Assembly (NCBI RefSeq): GCF_006345805.1
Contig: NC_042998.1
Span: 149,048,001-149,112,000, forward strand
Source of the DNA: Octopus sinensis
Lineage: Eukaryota
Direction: 5' to 3'
Length of the DNA: 64,000 nt
Shown: piece by piece, positions 23,804 through 42,520 of the stretch
Layout of the letters: every line of letters starts with the position of its first letter
Position numbering within the stretch: position 1 is the first letter of the stretch
The notes under the pieces: model-generated
What the model was told of the DNA's origin: nothing
The model's database searches: none
The model's input: only the letters and a program-made list of their open reading frames with translations
Made by a program: the position numbers and the translations under genes

Positions 23804-24145
23804 ATCCGGGACCCCCTTCGGTCACGACACTGACCATGGGATTGCACCTAGAATGTTACCCTCCTAGTCACAAGTCTGGGCATGGTTGTTTATGGAAGAC
23901 CAGCAGTCGCCCATGCATACCGGCCTCCCCTCTCCGCGCCACCGATGTTATCCAAGGGAAAGGCAAAGGCCGATACAGCTTGGCACTCGTGACGTCGCAA
24001 CTCATTTCAACAGCTGAGTGAACTGGAGCAACGTGAAATAAAGTGTCTTGCTCAAGAACACAACACGCAGCCCGGTCCGGGATTCGAGCTCACAACCTCA
24101 CGATCGTAAGCTCGACGCTCTAACCACTGAGCCATGCGCCTTCAC
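23804..24145 (-). mobile_element. tRNA-headed SINE family A2
   Basis: Minus head gtgaaggcgcatggctcagtggttagagcgtcgagcttacgatcgtgaggttgtgagctcgaatccc. Near-identical to 34808-35142. Confidence 0.9.
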
Positions 24146-24185
24146 AGAGCCATGCTATCATTATTATTATTATTATTATTATTAA

Positions 24186-24236
<51 letters not shown>

Positions 24237-24240
<4 letters not shown>

Positions 24241-25417
24241 TAGTTTTATTTTTATAGCGTGCTTTCACTTCACTACCGAGCGCAGCTCTGTGTGCCTTGG
24301 GTATGTGCTGTGATTTGTTGTGATGCTCTGATGGTTATTGTATGGAAAGTGTTCTGCGTAGGATGTGTGCAGTGCCTAGTAGTGCAATTTTCTGTATGTT
24401 ATATGTGTTTGTAAGTCCTGGTGTTTTTGTTATGTATTTGTCTGAATATTTTTTTATCATGCATAATGCACCTACTATGATAGGAATTGTTTCTGTTTTC
24501 AGATTCCACATTCTAGTTACTTCTATTTCCAGGTCTTTGTATTTTGAGAGTTTCTCCATTTCTTTTAGAGACACGTTGTCATCTGCCGGTATTGATACAT
24601 CAATTAGAAAGCATTTTTTTTCTTCATGATCTCTGACAACTATATCTGGTCTGTTGGCCTTAATTTCTCTATCTGTGTGTATCGGCATATCCCAGAGTAT
24701 GGTTGCTTTCTCGTTTTCTGTGACCTTTTCTGGTGTGTGCCTATACCATCTTTTTTCTGTTGTTATTCCATAATGTTGGCATAGCTTCCAATGTATGTAG
24801 GTTCCAACTCTGTCATGTCTGTGAATATATTCCTTCTTAGCCAGGACTGGGCAGCTAGAGATAATATGATTTATTGTTTCTTGTCCATCTCCACATATTC
24901 TGCAGTTACTTGTAATATTTCTTTTCCTTACATGTTTTTGGTAATTTCTGGTGGGGAGGCTTTGGTCTTGTGCCGCAATTAAAAATCCCTCTGTTTTGGC
25001 TTTGAGTCCTGAGCTTCTCAACCATTGCTGGGATTTTTCTTTGTCTATTTCTTTTGCGTTTAGTTTAGTGCAGTATTTACCATGAAGGGGCTTTTCTTGC
25101 CATCGTTTTATCATGGTTCGTTGCTGTTCTATTTTTAGTTTGGATTTCATTTGTTTTATAGCTTTTGTTGTTTCTTCATCATCTTCTTCTTCTTCTTCGT
25201 GTTTATTAGGTGGTATGATTTCTTGTTTGTATTTGTCAGCTTCCTTAAATACTGAGAAAAGTTTTTGGGTTTTGCTCGTGTTTTGCTGCTATCTGGATCA
25301 GTTTTCCTTCCTTCTGTAGTAGATATTTTTGCAGTCCTATTGTGGTTATTTTATAGTAGTTTTCCAGCTGTATAAGGCCTCTACCACCTTCTGTATGTTG
25401 TATATATAGTCTTTCTA

Positions 25418-25420
<3 letters not shown>
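24237..25420 (-). mobile_element. 5'-truncated copy of the same Dong/R4 family, inverted relative to 19541-23624
   Basis: Reverse complement of 22441-23624 with the same 1184-bp length. (TTA)n lies on both sides on the + strand. Confidence 0.95.
24335..25150 (-). CDS. Open 271-aa C-terminal segment (CCHC plus restriction-like endonuclease) of the truncated Dong/R4 copy; unlikely to be a functional gene
   Basis: An uninterrupted ORF with CRICG..HIISSC, RHD, RPDIV, IDVSIP and KLSKYKDL, but no RT upstream. Confidence 0.6.
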   Translation of the reverse strand: MKSKLKIEQQRTMIKRWQEKPLHGKYCTKLNAKEIDKEKSQQWLRSSGLKAKTEGFLIAAQDQSLPTRNYQKHVRKRNITSNCRICGDGQETINHIISSCPVLAKKEYIHRHDRVGTYIHWKLCQHYGITTEKRWYRHTPEKVTENEKATILWDMPIHTDREIKANRPDIVVRDHEEKKCFLIDVSIPADDNVSLKEMEKLSKYKDLEIEVTRMWNLKTETIPIIVGALCMIKKYSDKYITKTPGLTNTYNIQKIALLGTAHILRRTLSIQ

Positions 25421-25465
<45 letters not shown>

Positions 25466-25500
25466 CTGCATTATTATTATCATTATTATTATTATTATTA

Positions 25501-25574
<74 letters not shown>

Positions 25575-25581
25575 ATTATTA

Positions 25582-27175
25582 TTTATTGTCTTTGCACAGC
25601 TTCTAACGCTGGAGATATACTACGGTGCCAGCTATTCACTATCAGTGAACCAAAGTAACACCCCTTATTTTTCAAGCACCAAGAGTATTCGAACAATTCC
25701 AAGCAATGCTTTTTACTGCAAGTGCTCCACTATTATTGCAGCCCCTATTTGTTCCATGTACTTCTCAAGATTTTTACTCACCGTTCCCAGGGCTCCAGCT
25801 ATTATTGTTACTACAAACAACTTTTTCAGCGACCACAACTGCTTAAACTCCCAAGTCTTATCTATCGACTTTTATTTCTTCCTTATAGCATACTTTGTTA
25901 TCAGATGGGCAAGCTATATCTATGATCCAGTATCATATGCTTTTTTTCCTCAATCAACACCATGTTTGGTTGCCAATTCTTTATCCCATGGTCGCACTGA
26001 ATCATATACTCCCATATGATTTTCGATGATGCCTTCGGGATTATGTTCGTACAACATTTTTCTCTGTCAAGTTCATACTTGTAATATGCCGTACAGTTTC
26101 ACCATTTCGTCTACAAATTCTGCACTTATTAGTTTCTGATGTGTTGTCTATTCTGTATTTGATGTAATTCGTTCTTAATCCTTGCTCTTGGGCAGTACAG
26201 ATTACAGCCTCCGTTTCCGGTTTTAAATCAGTTTTAGTCATCCATAGTCGTCTTTTTTCTCTGTCTGTCTTATCTTCAACATCCCTATGAAATTGTCCAT
26301 GCATTCTTTACTTTATCAATCTATTTTCAGTTTCATTCATTCTCAAGTGCTTGTACACTGCTTTATCTTTGCAATCTTCCATCCTACACAGGCCAGGCCT
26401 TCTTACTTCCAATAACAGTGGTTCTGTGGCATTTTTTACATACCATGCTATGTTGGTTTCTTCCTTTCTAATGTTATGTTCACATCCAATCAGTCCTCTT
26501 CCTCCTCTTTTTCTTGGTACGTACAGTCTGTCTGTGTCATGGTTTGAGTGGAGTATCCCATGTCTAGTTAGCAACTTCCTTGTCTTTCTGTCTAAGCTGT
26601 TTAGTTCGTTTGCTGTCCATGCGATTACCCTGCTCCATATCTGAAGAGTGAAACCGCCCAGGTGTTGATAGCTTCAATCTTATTCCGTCTGCTTAATTTC
26701 GACTTAAGGATCAGTCTCAGTATGTGCAAGTATTCCATTTAAATTTTTCTGTCATTTCTTACTCCATCAATTTATCCATTTCCCAAATCCCCAAGTACTT
26801 ATAGCCCGTCTCTTCTATCTACTTCAGAACCTCCCCTGACGGTATTGTTAGCCCGTTCATACATTAGATTTTGCCTCTCTTCACGACTAACACACCACAC
26901 TTTCTCAGTCCGAACTCCATTCTGATATCAGCACTGAAAGTATATACCGTAAAAGGACGGAACTGACTTGGGATTCATCCTTGCCATAAAGTTTGAGGTC
27001 ATCCATGAATAACAAGTGGTTGACTTCTTGTTGGCCTTTGCTTTCCTCAGAATCAGTAGTAGTGGTATCATGCATTGTACAAAGATTACTGGGGGCAGGA
27101 CCTCTTGGAAGATGCATTTCCTGATTTCTATTGTCCCTAAACGTCTTCCATATGCTGTCAGCTCCGTCCCCCAAC
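25582..27175 (-). mobile_element. Degraded R4-type element, family a (RT end to 3' UTR)
   Basis: Minus ORFs contain HLLFMDDLKLYGK, RLYVPRKRGGRGL, HGQFHR and LKPETEAVICTAQEQGLRTN..CRICRRNGETVRHI. The 3' UTR matches 18424-18615. Confidence 0.88.
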
Positions 27176-27247
27176 TATCATCATCATCATCATCATCGTC
27201 ATCATCATCATCATCATCATCATCATTATTATTATTATTATTATTAT

Positions 27248-27395
27248 ATGTTTGACTTTTGCTTTATGTCTGTACAAGTTGGCTCCAAGTCTCACTTAGA
27301 GACCTCAAGAGACAACAGGTTGGAAGTTCACGTTGTTGTTATGCCTAGTGTGTCATATATTTGGGGGGTTTTTTGGTGTTGTACCAGTGAATGTC
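27248..27395 (-). mobile_element. Short 3' terminus of another TAA-associated retroelement
   Basis: Minus strand ...gaggtctctaagtgagacttggagccaac...agtcaaacatataataat, between TAA-type tracts. The layout resembles R4 3' UTRs. Confidence 0.5.
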
Positions 27396-27476
27396 TAAAA
27401 AAATAAATAATAATAATAATAATAATTATTATTATTATTATTCTTATTATTATTATAATTATTATTATTATTATTA

Positions 27477-27512
<36 letters not shown>

Positions 27513-27535
27513 CATTATTACTATTATTATTATTA

Positions 27536-27573
<38 letters not shown>

Positions 27574-27926
27574 TAGTGTATGTGTCTTTTCAAGAGGAAA
27601 TAAATCTTATTCATGGATCGTTAACTAGCTAAAACTCCTGACAAGAAAACCAATTGCGAAATTACTTGACCGGGACCTTGTTGTTGTTCAATAATATTTT
27701 AGCAGGTTTGAGCTTCTATTCAAGCGCAGTGTATCTAGCGCTACACACCTTATGTGACCTTTCGATTTTAAAGGCGGAAAGAGTTGGCTACTGTTTCTAG
27801 CACGCGCAGTGGCAAAGTAAGACCTTCTTCGTTCCATCGTTGCCTTGGTAACGCTGTTGCCGCTGTTGCTGCTGCTTTTCATAATGTTAATCTTGATGAC
27901 GCTGATAATATTAACGATGACAATTG

Positions 27927-27958
<32 letters not shown>

Positions 27959-28152
27959 GCAAGGATAATGAAGATGACGATGACGATGATGATGATGATG
28001 ATGATGACAACTACAAAGGTGACGATATTGATGACGATGATGATGATGGTGGTAACGGTGGTATTGGTGGCGATGATAATGACGGTTATGATGATCTTAA
28101 AGATGATCTTGAATATTATCGTTATTATTCATATTTCTATTGATGTTCGTCG

Positions 28153-28189
<37 letters not shown>

Positions 28190-28327
28190 CATCATCGTTA
28201 TTATTGTTTTGTTTTTATCATCATTTTGCCACTGATGGTGATGGTTTCTGTATTTGTCACATTCGTTGTTTCATAAATAAATGGACATTGAGCCTCAGGC
28301 AGCAGGATGACACACACACACACATAT

Positions 28328-28373
<46 letters not shown>

Positions 28374-28791
28374 GCGCACATACACACACAAACATACACA
28401 CATATATACGCACGCCCACACACACACGCGTACACAGAGAGACATAGAGAGAGAGGAAGAAGAAGACAGACAGACAGACAAACAGTCTGACGAAGAGTCA
28501 TATAGGCAGTGTGTGTGAAAGAGAGAAACAGTGAGAGAGGAACTGAAGGAAAGAGGGAAAGAGAACAAAAAGGAATCAAATTGAGGAGAAAAAGATGAAA
28601 GAAAAGAAAGCATCACAGCACTAAATTCAGCATGAAAAATGTCTTTAAATGTGTGAACGTTATGAAAGAAAAAAAGCAAAAAACATTCTGGCAATACAAA
28701 CAACAATGAGAAAATATAAAAAGAAAAAAGTAAGAAATTACCATAATCTTTACAAGACTTACAACTTCTACTACTGTTGATATTACTAAAA

Positions 28792-28888
<97 letters not shown>

Positions 28889-28899
28889 CCTTTTTTACT

Positions 28900-29075
28900 A
28901 AAAGCACTAAATTTTACATCAACTCCAGTGCATAACTGGTACTTAATTTGTCGATCCCGAAAGGATGAAATGTAAAGTCGACCTCGATGGAATTTGAACT
29001 CAGAACGCAAGGACGGGCGAAATGCCGCTAAGCAATTTGACAGACGTGCTAACGATTCTGCCTGCTCGCCACCCA
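28900..29075 (-). mobile_element. SINE family B
   Basis: Contains ctggtacttaatttgtcgatcccgaaaggatgaaa..gtcgacctcg..gaatttgaactcagaacg. Confidence 0.85.
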
Positions 29076-29103
29076 AGTAATGATGATGATGATGATGATG
29101 GTG

Positions 29104-29208
<105 letters not shown>

Positions 29209-29219
29209 AGGATAATTAA

Positions 29220-30200
29220 TGATTTCATTTATTTGCCACAAGGGCGAAGGATGAGGGGGACAATACAGAGACAGACATGAAGTGTGAGGATTTACATATA
29301 ATAATGGAATGGTAAAAAAAATTTTTAATTAATATGTCAATTATAGAAAGTAGACACTGAAAAAGAAGCGACATATACATAGTATACAAAGGTTTAAAAA
29401 CAGTGGGTGGAGATGATACATATGTGACCCTCCTGATACAGGAACGCCTCTAGGGATAATCGAGGAATCCCACTGTCCGAGATTACCCTGAAACCCCAGG
29501 AGCAAATACCCTCTCCAGTTCCTTTTCTCCGGCTTACACGTCTACACTGAGAGAGGTGCCATCCACTCTTGCCATTTTCACAACTTTCACCTACCTTTCA
29601 ATAAACCCATTCGAGGACAGCACTTAACCTCTCCACTCTCAATATCATTTTCAAGTGAAACTTGAAAAAGTCAATGAGTCTTCTACCAAGGAGGAATGTA
29701 TCTGTCCTCATGCATTTCAGCCTTGTCCATCAAACAACCTCTTTCGTCACAGCCACCAGGAAAAGGAAAACTGCCTTGCCTACCCGATTGAAGGAGGGCA
29801 GCAGTGCAATCATCACTAGAGGCTCGGCCGACAGACGGATGCGTCCTACACGTGACAGCAGCTGTTCAACATAACCCCACAAGTCAGAAATGCCTGGACG
29901 CTAAACGAGAGCGTGCAAAACGGTTTCGTCACTCTGCGCGCATGACAAACAAGTCCGTCTGACAGCACATCCGTGACTGTAGAGTTTATCTCGAACCGGT
30001 AGCGCCCCCCACCCCCACCCACGTAACACTGCCAGGCCAGGGACATCTGGAAATTATCCATAATGGTTCCCGAACGGAAAGTCCTCTGGAACAGATTAGC
30101 CAATTCATTCTCGTCGGTGTCCAGAGTCTCCCCGAAAACATCGTCGCACGTCCCCGCCACCAATCCTTTATAAATTTCTAAAGTGAAACACCCACCGATC
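29220..30200 (-). mobile_element. Tx1/L1-clade LINE 3' end
   Basis: Minus frame LPVRDKLYSHGCAVRRTCLSCAQSDETVLHALV*RP..LW..AVFLFLVAVTKEVV*WTRLK, an L1/Tx1-type C-terminal zinc knuckle. The 3' UTR ends gtggcaaataaatgaaatc. Confidence 0.8.
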
Positions 30201-30289
30201 CCATTACCCGACTGGTAGAGGTTTGTGAGGGTCTAATGACATTCTAGGTGTCAGGCGCCAGGAGAATTATGATAATAATAATAATAATG

Positions 30290-30331
<42 letters not shown>

Positions 30332-30384
30332 TAATAATAATAATGATGATGATGATGATGATGATGATTGAAGATATATTTTTG

Positions 30385-31121
30385 AAACATACGAAGGAGG
30401 CCGGTGTCATCAAAACTGAAAACTGCGTAATGAAAGAAAAATTTAAACAATTTAAATGAAGAGAGAAAAAAGAAAAGGCATGGAAGGAAAAAATGTACGG
30501 TCAGATTGCGAGAGATGTGAATGCCAATGTCAATACAATATGGATGAGGAGGAGTGACGTGAAGATAGAGACAGAAGAACTCATACGCTCAGCTATGAGC
30601 GTTAAGGACCAACTATGTGAAGTGCAGAATAGACAACACTAGTGACAACGACAAATGCAGAATGTCACCGAGAATGAGAAATGCAAAATCATGTGGGATG
30701 CAATAATCCAGTGTGATCACATGGCCTGACATCGGAAACTGGACATTGTTGTGGTGAATAAAAAGAAAGAATATGCATGATAATCGAAATTGCATGCCCC
30801 GGTGAAAACAGGGTCAATGTGAAAAAAGAATAAAAAATAAACAACTATGACGATTTGAAGTGGGAAATACGACGGTTGTGGTCAATGAGGAGAGTAGACT
30901 TGATACCAATAGTAATTGGTGCACTTGGAAGTATCAGCACTCAGCTACCAACATGGCTGAAAAAAGATTGGTGCAAGTGTGAAGGTAGAACACCTACAAA
31001 ATTTTCTACATATTGCTTGGAACTGCAAGAATTCTTTGCAGATTTCTTGAGGCATAACCAATAAACAAGTGTCACCTTAATTTGTTGTTCCCAGCAAAAT
31101 AAGCTGTGAGTTTTCATCACA
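30385..31121 (+). mobile_element. R4-type 3' fragment with an internal deletion
   Basis: KAWKEKMYGQIAR..KIETEELI..KIMWDAIIQCDH..LDIVVVNK..YDDLKWEIRRLW..IPIVIGALGSI. TAA tracts lie on both sides. Confidence 0.85.
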
Positions 31122-31139
31122 TAATAATAATAACTATCC

Positions 31140-31527
31140 TTACTGGAGGCACAAGGTCTTAAATTTGAAGGGAGGGGACTAGTTGATTACATCTACCCCA
31201 GTGCGTAACTGGTACTTATTTCATCTACCCCGAAAGGATGAAAGGCAAAGGTTATCCTCGGCGGAATTTGAACGTAGCGGCTGACTAAATACCTATTTCT
31301 TTACTACCCACAAGGGGATAAACACAGAGAGGACAAACAAGGACAGACAAACGGATTAAGTCGGTTATATCGACTCCAGTGCGTAACTGGTACCTATTTA
31401 ATCGACCCCGAAAGGATGAAAGGCAAAGTCGACCTCGGCGGAATGTGAACTCAGAACGTAACGACAGACGAAATACCGCTAAGCATTTTGCCCGGCGTGC
31501 CAACGATTCTACCAGCTCGCCGCCTTA
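31140..31527 (-). mobile_element. Two SINE family B copies in tandem (older partial copy plus younger full copy)
   Basis: The gtgcgtaactggtac..cccgaaaggatgaaaggcaaag block occurs twice (~31200 and ~31380), with different tails. Confidence 0.85.
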
Positions 31528-31574
<47 letters not shown>

Positions 31575-31614
31575 AATGATAATAATGATAATAATGATAA
31601 TAATAATAATAATG

Positions 31615-31679
<65 letters not shown>

Positions 31680-32562
31680 GTCTCTGTGGCGTCAACAAAA
31701 CAAGGCGACAAAAGCGACGACCGTTGTTACTATTACTACTAAACCAACAACATTTCAAGAAGAAAAACCAAAACTACAATCGATGCCAGAAGCAAAACAA
31801 AAGCAAAACAAAAAAAGAAACAGAACCAAACACAAAAACAACAACAATAACAACGACAGCAACAACAACGACAGCAACAACTATAAGAGTAAAATAATCA
31901 CCAGCCATAATACTTGAACAAGAACAACTACAACAACTGATGCCAATAGTGAAAAAGAAAAAAAAACGACAAAGACAAGAAAAAAACAAACGCCACAACA
32001 ACAACGTCAATAATGAATTTATCGACTACGCCAAATAGAATGACGACAATATCAACAACAACAACAACAACCCAAGCAGCAGCAAAGCAACATCAACAAT
32101 AATAACAGCCATAACAACAATAATAGCAACAATAATAAGGGAAAGAAAAAATAAAATGATGAGAGTAAAAGGAAAGAGCAATGTAAAAATATAATAATAT
32201 AGAAAGTAAATGTGGCAAGGAGAACGGGGGGGGGCATGTAATGTCAACAGAGAGGTAGAGGGAGAGGGAGAGGGAGAGATGAGGGGAGAGTGAGAGAGTG
32301 AGAAAGGGAAAAAGAAAAGGGAGAATGAAATGGGGAGAGAGAGAGAAAGAAAATAAGAGCGAGAGAGAAAGTGAGAAGGACTGAGGAACAACGGAGGAGA
32401 GAATCATAATAATGGCGGCATTGACGGGAATAAACTAGAACAACATTATCATCTTCATCGTCATCATTAACAGCAGCAGCAGAAGCAGCAGCAGCAGAAG
32501 CAGCAGCTGCAGTAGCAGTAGCAGCAGTGCCGGCAACACTGTCGTCGTCATCGTCGTCGTTG

Positions 32563-32599
<37 letters not shown>

Positions 32600-33120
32600 A
32601 CAACGTCGTCGTCGTTGTCGTCGTCATTGTCGTCGCCATCGTGATTGTCATCATCATAATTGTCCTCGTCGTCGGTCTCGTTGTCGTCATTGTCGTCGTC
32701 GTCATTAAGACCGTCATCAGCATCATCATCAGTAACTACGACCGTACAATGAATTCATTGATTCGTTCCAGTGTGGTCACAAAAAAGAAAAAAGAAAAAG
32801 AAAAACCTGAAGAAAAAAGTGAGAAAAAGAATCAACAAATACCAAATAAACTTAACTAGAAGAATAAGAGGAGCCATAACAATAGCCACAACAACTACAA
32901 CACCAACAATAACAACGGACAGGTTAATAGGAACTAACGTCAGAAAAGAATTTTTGTAAAAAACAAAACAAAACAAAGACGAATATATGTACAATCACGC
33001 ATATATGTGTATTTGAGTGTATATGTGTTTGTGTGCTTGCGTGTGTGTGTGTGTGTGTGTGTTAACAAACGTACACAAACGTATATGCTATAAATATTTG
33101 TGTATGTGTGTGTATATATA

Positions 33121-33193
<73 letters not shown>

Positions 33194-33518
33194 TATATAT
33201 AGGTATACATATACAAATATCTATATGTATCTATAAGAAATAAAAAATACTTATATGGACATATGTATGTATATACATACATGCATACACACACACACGT
33301 ATACATATCTATGTACAAATATATATATATGCATGCATGCATACGTTTATAGACACTGATATACACGCATGCATACACGCACGCACTGGGTAAGAGAAGA
33401 AAAAGCGGAAGTAAAGTCATTGGACAAAAAGTATATGAATAATAAAGATGGCGGAGAGAATACGGAACTCATATATATGTGTGTGTATGTATATATATGT
33501 GTGTGTATGTATATATAT

Positions 33519-33563
<45 letters not shown>

Positions 33564-33643
33564 GTTCGTTTGTTTTCCACCTGCCTTCGTCTTTTGTTTA
33601 TTTTCATAAAGCTTCCCGTTATATATATATATATATATAATAT

Positions 33644-33718
<75 letters not shown>

Positions 33719-33914
33719 AATATACATACATATATATCATACATATACATATTATATATATATTCATATATATATATTTACATACACACATGCACGTACA
33801 CGCACACATACACACACACACAATTATATATATACATATATGTAGATACATACAATAATATATATATATATATATATTCGGGATATGTGCTGTTTGCTAC
33901 ATGCTTATTGATGC

Positions 33915-34415
33915 GGTTAAGAACCACCCTCGTAAAACTTTTCCAGCTATGCACAATAATCGTATTCCTCTGTGATTATCGCATACACCTTCCCTTTATC
34001 TTTGTAGAGGTGCGATTTAGCTGAATCTTTGGACTAACGGGGAACAGATCCAGTTTTCCAGATCAAACTGTTCTATTACTGCAACTTTCTCACAACCTGT
34101 CTATCACCATGCTTGTGCACTTCAATGGGAATACTATCTCTCCAGGAACTTTACCATTGGAAAGTCTTTTTACTAGCAGTACTTCTCTCTTTCAACGAAG
34201 GAACTTTCATAGATTACTTCAGGATTGGAAGTAGATTCATGATTTAACGCGTATTTGAAGAATTTCGTCTTTGCTACTTAAGAGTTTTGACACGTCAACG
34301 AAAAGAATAAACTGTGCCTCTTTCAAATTATCACACAATGCTCTCAGGTTGTGAGAGTTAGCAGCTAGTTCCAATTCCTGAGCTCTTTTTACCCACCAAG
34401 AAGTTTTCATCTCAC
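33915..34415 (-). mobile_element. RTE-clade LINE internal fragment (start of RT)
   Basis: WWVKRAQELELAANSHNL..LLSSKDEIL..DSIPIEVHKHG..HLYKDKG..DNHRGI.LL.IAGK, with stops and frameshifts. Confidence 0.8.
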
Positions 34416-34624
34416 TCAATTTTTTCTGTGTAATGTATTTGTATTCGAGCGATGGTGAGTTTTATTTTGAGATTCATGTCTTGTGTCTTTTGCGCATACT
34501 CTTTAGAAGTTCGTCTTGAGAATCATTCTTAATAACACCTTCAGCTGATGATTTGATATGATAATAATAGCAATGCTTTCTACTATAGACACAATGTATG
34601 GAATTGGATCGATTATATCGATCA

Positions 34625-34745
34625 GAGTGCTTAACTGGTTCTTGTTGTACCGACCGCGAAATAATGAAAGGCAAAACTGACTTCGGCGAAATTTGAACTC
34701 AGATCGAATAAACAGACGACATGACGCAAAGCACTTGTCCTGTGT
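34625..34745 (-). mobile_element. Degraded SINE family B fragment
   Basis: Contains atgaaaggcaaaactgacttcggcgaaatttgaactcaga. Confidence 0.65.
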
Positions 34746-34750
34746 GTTAA

Positions 34751-34802
<52 letters not shown>

Positions 34803-34807
34803 TGCTG

Positions 34808-35142
34808 AGAACCCCTTCGGTCATGACTGACCATGGGATTGCACCTAGAAAGCTACCCTCCCAGGCACAAGTCCGGGCAAGGTTGTTTATGGAAGACCAG
34901 CAGTCGCCCATGCATACCGGCCTCCCCTTTCCATGCCACCAGTGCTATCCAAGGGAAAGGGAAGGGCCGATACAGCTTGGCACCTGTGACGTCGCAACTC
35001 ATTTCTGCAGTTGAGTGAACTGGAGCAACGTGAAATAAAGTGCCTTGCTCAAGAACACAACACGCAGCCCGGTCCGGGATTCGAACTCACAACCTCACGA
35101 TTGTAAGCTCGACGCTCTAACTTCTGCGGCATGCGCCTTCAC
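34808..35142 (-). mobile_element. tRNA-headed SINE family A2
   Basis: Near-identical to 23804-24145, with TAA tracts on both sides. Confidence 0.9.
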
Positions 35143-35180
35143 TTTATGATGATAATAATGATAATAATAATAAAAATAAA

Positions 35181-35243
<63 letters not shown>

Positions 35244-35253
35244 CAATAATAAA

Positions 35254-35303
<50 letters not shown>

Positions 35304-35324
35304 CAACAACAATGATAATGCTGA

Positions 35325-36094
35325 CGATTTCATTTACTTGCCACTAGGGCGAAGGATGAAGGGAACGATAGAAAGATAGACATAACGTGTTGCGGCCTAC
35401 ATATAGAGAAGTGAAAAACAAAATTTCAAAAAAAAATGTAAGTACACACGGTCTACAATGAAATGGAAAGGACATATACATAGTATACAAAGGTTGAAAG
35501 AAAGTGGGTGGGGATGATAGAGATGTAGCCCTCCTCATACAAGATGGCCTGTAAGAATAATCGAGAAACCCTACTGTCCGAGATTTCCCTGAAACCCGAG
35601 GAGCAAGTAAACTCTCCAATTTCTTCTCACCGACTCACATGTCTACACTTAGAGAGGTACCACTCACTCTCACCATGTTCGCAACTTTCCCCCACCTTTC
35701 AATAAACTCACTCGAGGACAGAACTAAACCTTTCTACTCTCAGTTTTCTTTTCAGGTGAAACTTGAAGGAGTCAATGAGTCCTCTACCAAAAATGAATGT
35801 ATCTGTCCTCATGCCTTTCAGCCTTGTCCACCAAACAACCTCTTTCGCAACAGCCACCAGTAAAAGGAAAACTGCCCGATTGAAGGAGAGCGGCAATGCA
35901 ATTATCACTACACACACAGCCGACAGACGGATCCGTCCTTCACGTGATAGCAGCTATTTGACATAACCCCACAAGTCAGCAATGCCCGGACACTAAACGA
36001 GTGCGTGCAGAACAGATTCGTCACACTGCGGATAAGCCCGTTTGAAAGCATCTATTTGCCTGTAGAGTTTATCTCGAACCGGTAGCACCACCTG
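35325..36094 (-). mobile_element. Tx1/L1-clade LINE 3' end
   Basis: Homologous to 29220-30010. The minus frame has AVFLLLVAVAKEVVWWTRLKG. Confidence 0.8.
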
Positions 36095-36096
36095 AA

Positions 36097-36640
36097 TGCC
36101 TTGATACAGTGCCAGGCAGTAGCTGTCATAGCTTCTGATTTGAACTGGTTAGAAGTGTTATCATATACATTGTTTTGTCTTGGTATAAAAGATGGGCTAC
36201 CGCAAATATTCTGCTCAATACCACAGGTTTGATCGTCAGTTGTTTGAATTTAAGCAGTTCAGCATATCCCTTGGAGGCTGTAGATATGTGCATCTCTAAT
36301 CACAAGCTGAAGCAGTGGGGGGGGGGGATTCATTTGTTGAGAGGAATTCTTTGGGGTTTGAATAATTCACCCCTAGAAACATAGGTGTTTCGTTCAATAT
36401 TCTTAAACAACCATTATTCAGGGATCTTTTGAACGGGTCACTGAAGAAAATTCTTACTGGGTTTCACCTGCAAACTCATGCGCTGTTTATCTTAATATTA
36501 GATCACCATGTTGCGCACATATGGCTGTAATGCATGTGCCTAGTCTACCCTTATCAGGCAGGTAGTCATGATGGGTTTATTGGCCTTCGTATATTTGTAT
36601 CCCAATGTCCCTTTGGTGGTATACGCTGCTCTCTCACTCA
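36097..36640 (+). mobile_element. ~540-bp non-coding TAA-tailed element (family F), full copy
   Basis: Runs from tgccttgatacagtgccaggcag to gctctctcactc+aataataat. Homologous to 44160-44652, 44718-45229 and 54587-55016. Confidence 0.85.
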
Positions 36641-36715
36641 ATAATAATGATGATGATGATGATGATGACGATGTTTCCAAATTGAAACCATTACAAAGTA
36701 GTAGTAGTAGTAGTT

Positions 36716-36794
<79 letters not shown>

Positions 36795-36999
36795 CAGCAG
36801 TAGTAGTAGCAGCAGCAGCAGCAGTAGTAGCTGCAACAGCAACAGATATATCAACAAATATAAGAAATAGTATGTAAACTACAGACAACAATAGTTGTGA
36901 GTGTAAATACTACATATATACTTACACATATACAAATACATAGTCAGACAGACACATACACACATATACACACACAGATATATGTACACATAGACACAC

Positions 37000-42520
<5,521 letters not shown>

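Noticed and set aside
29662-35966. Two similar + strand ORFs (29662-29874 and 35763-35966) suggesting a small gene family
   Set aside because: Both are antisense to the Tx1-type LINE C-terminus.
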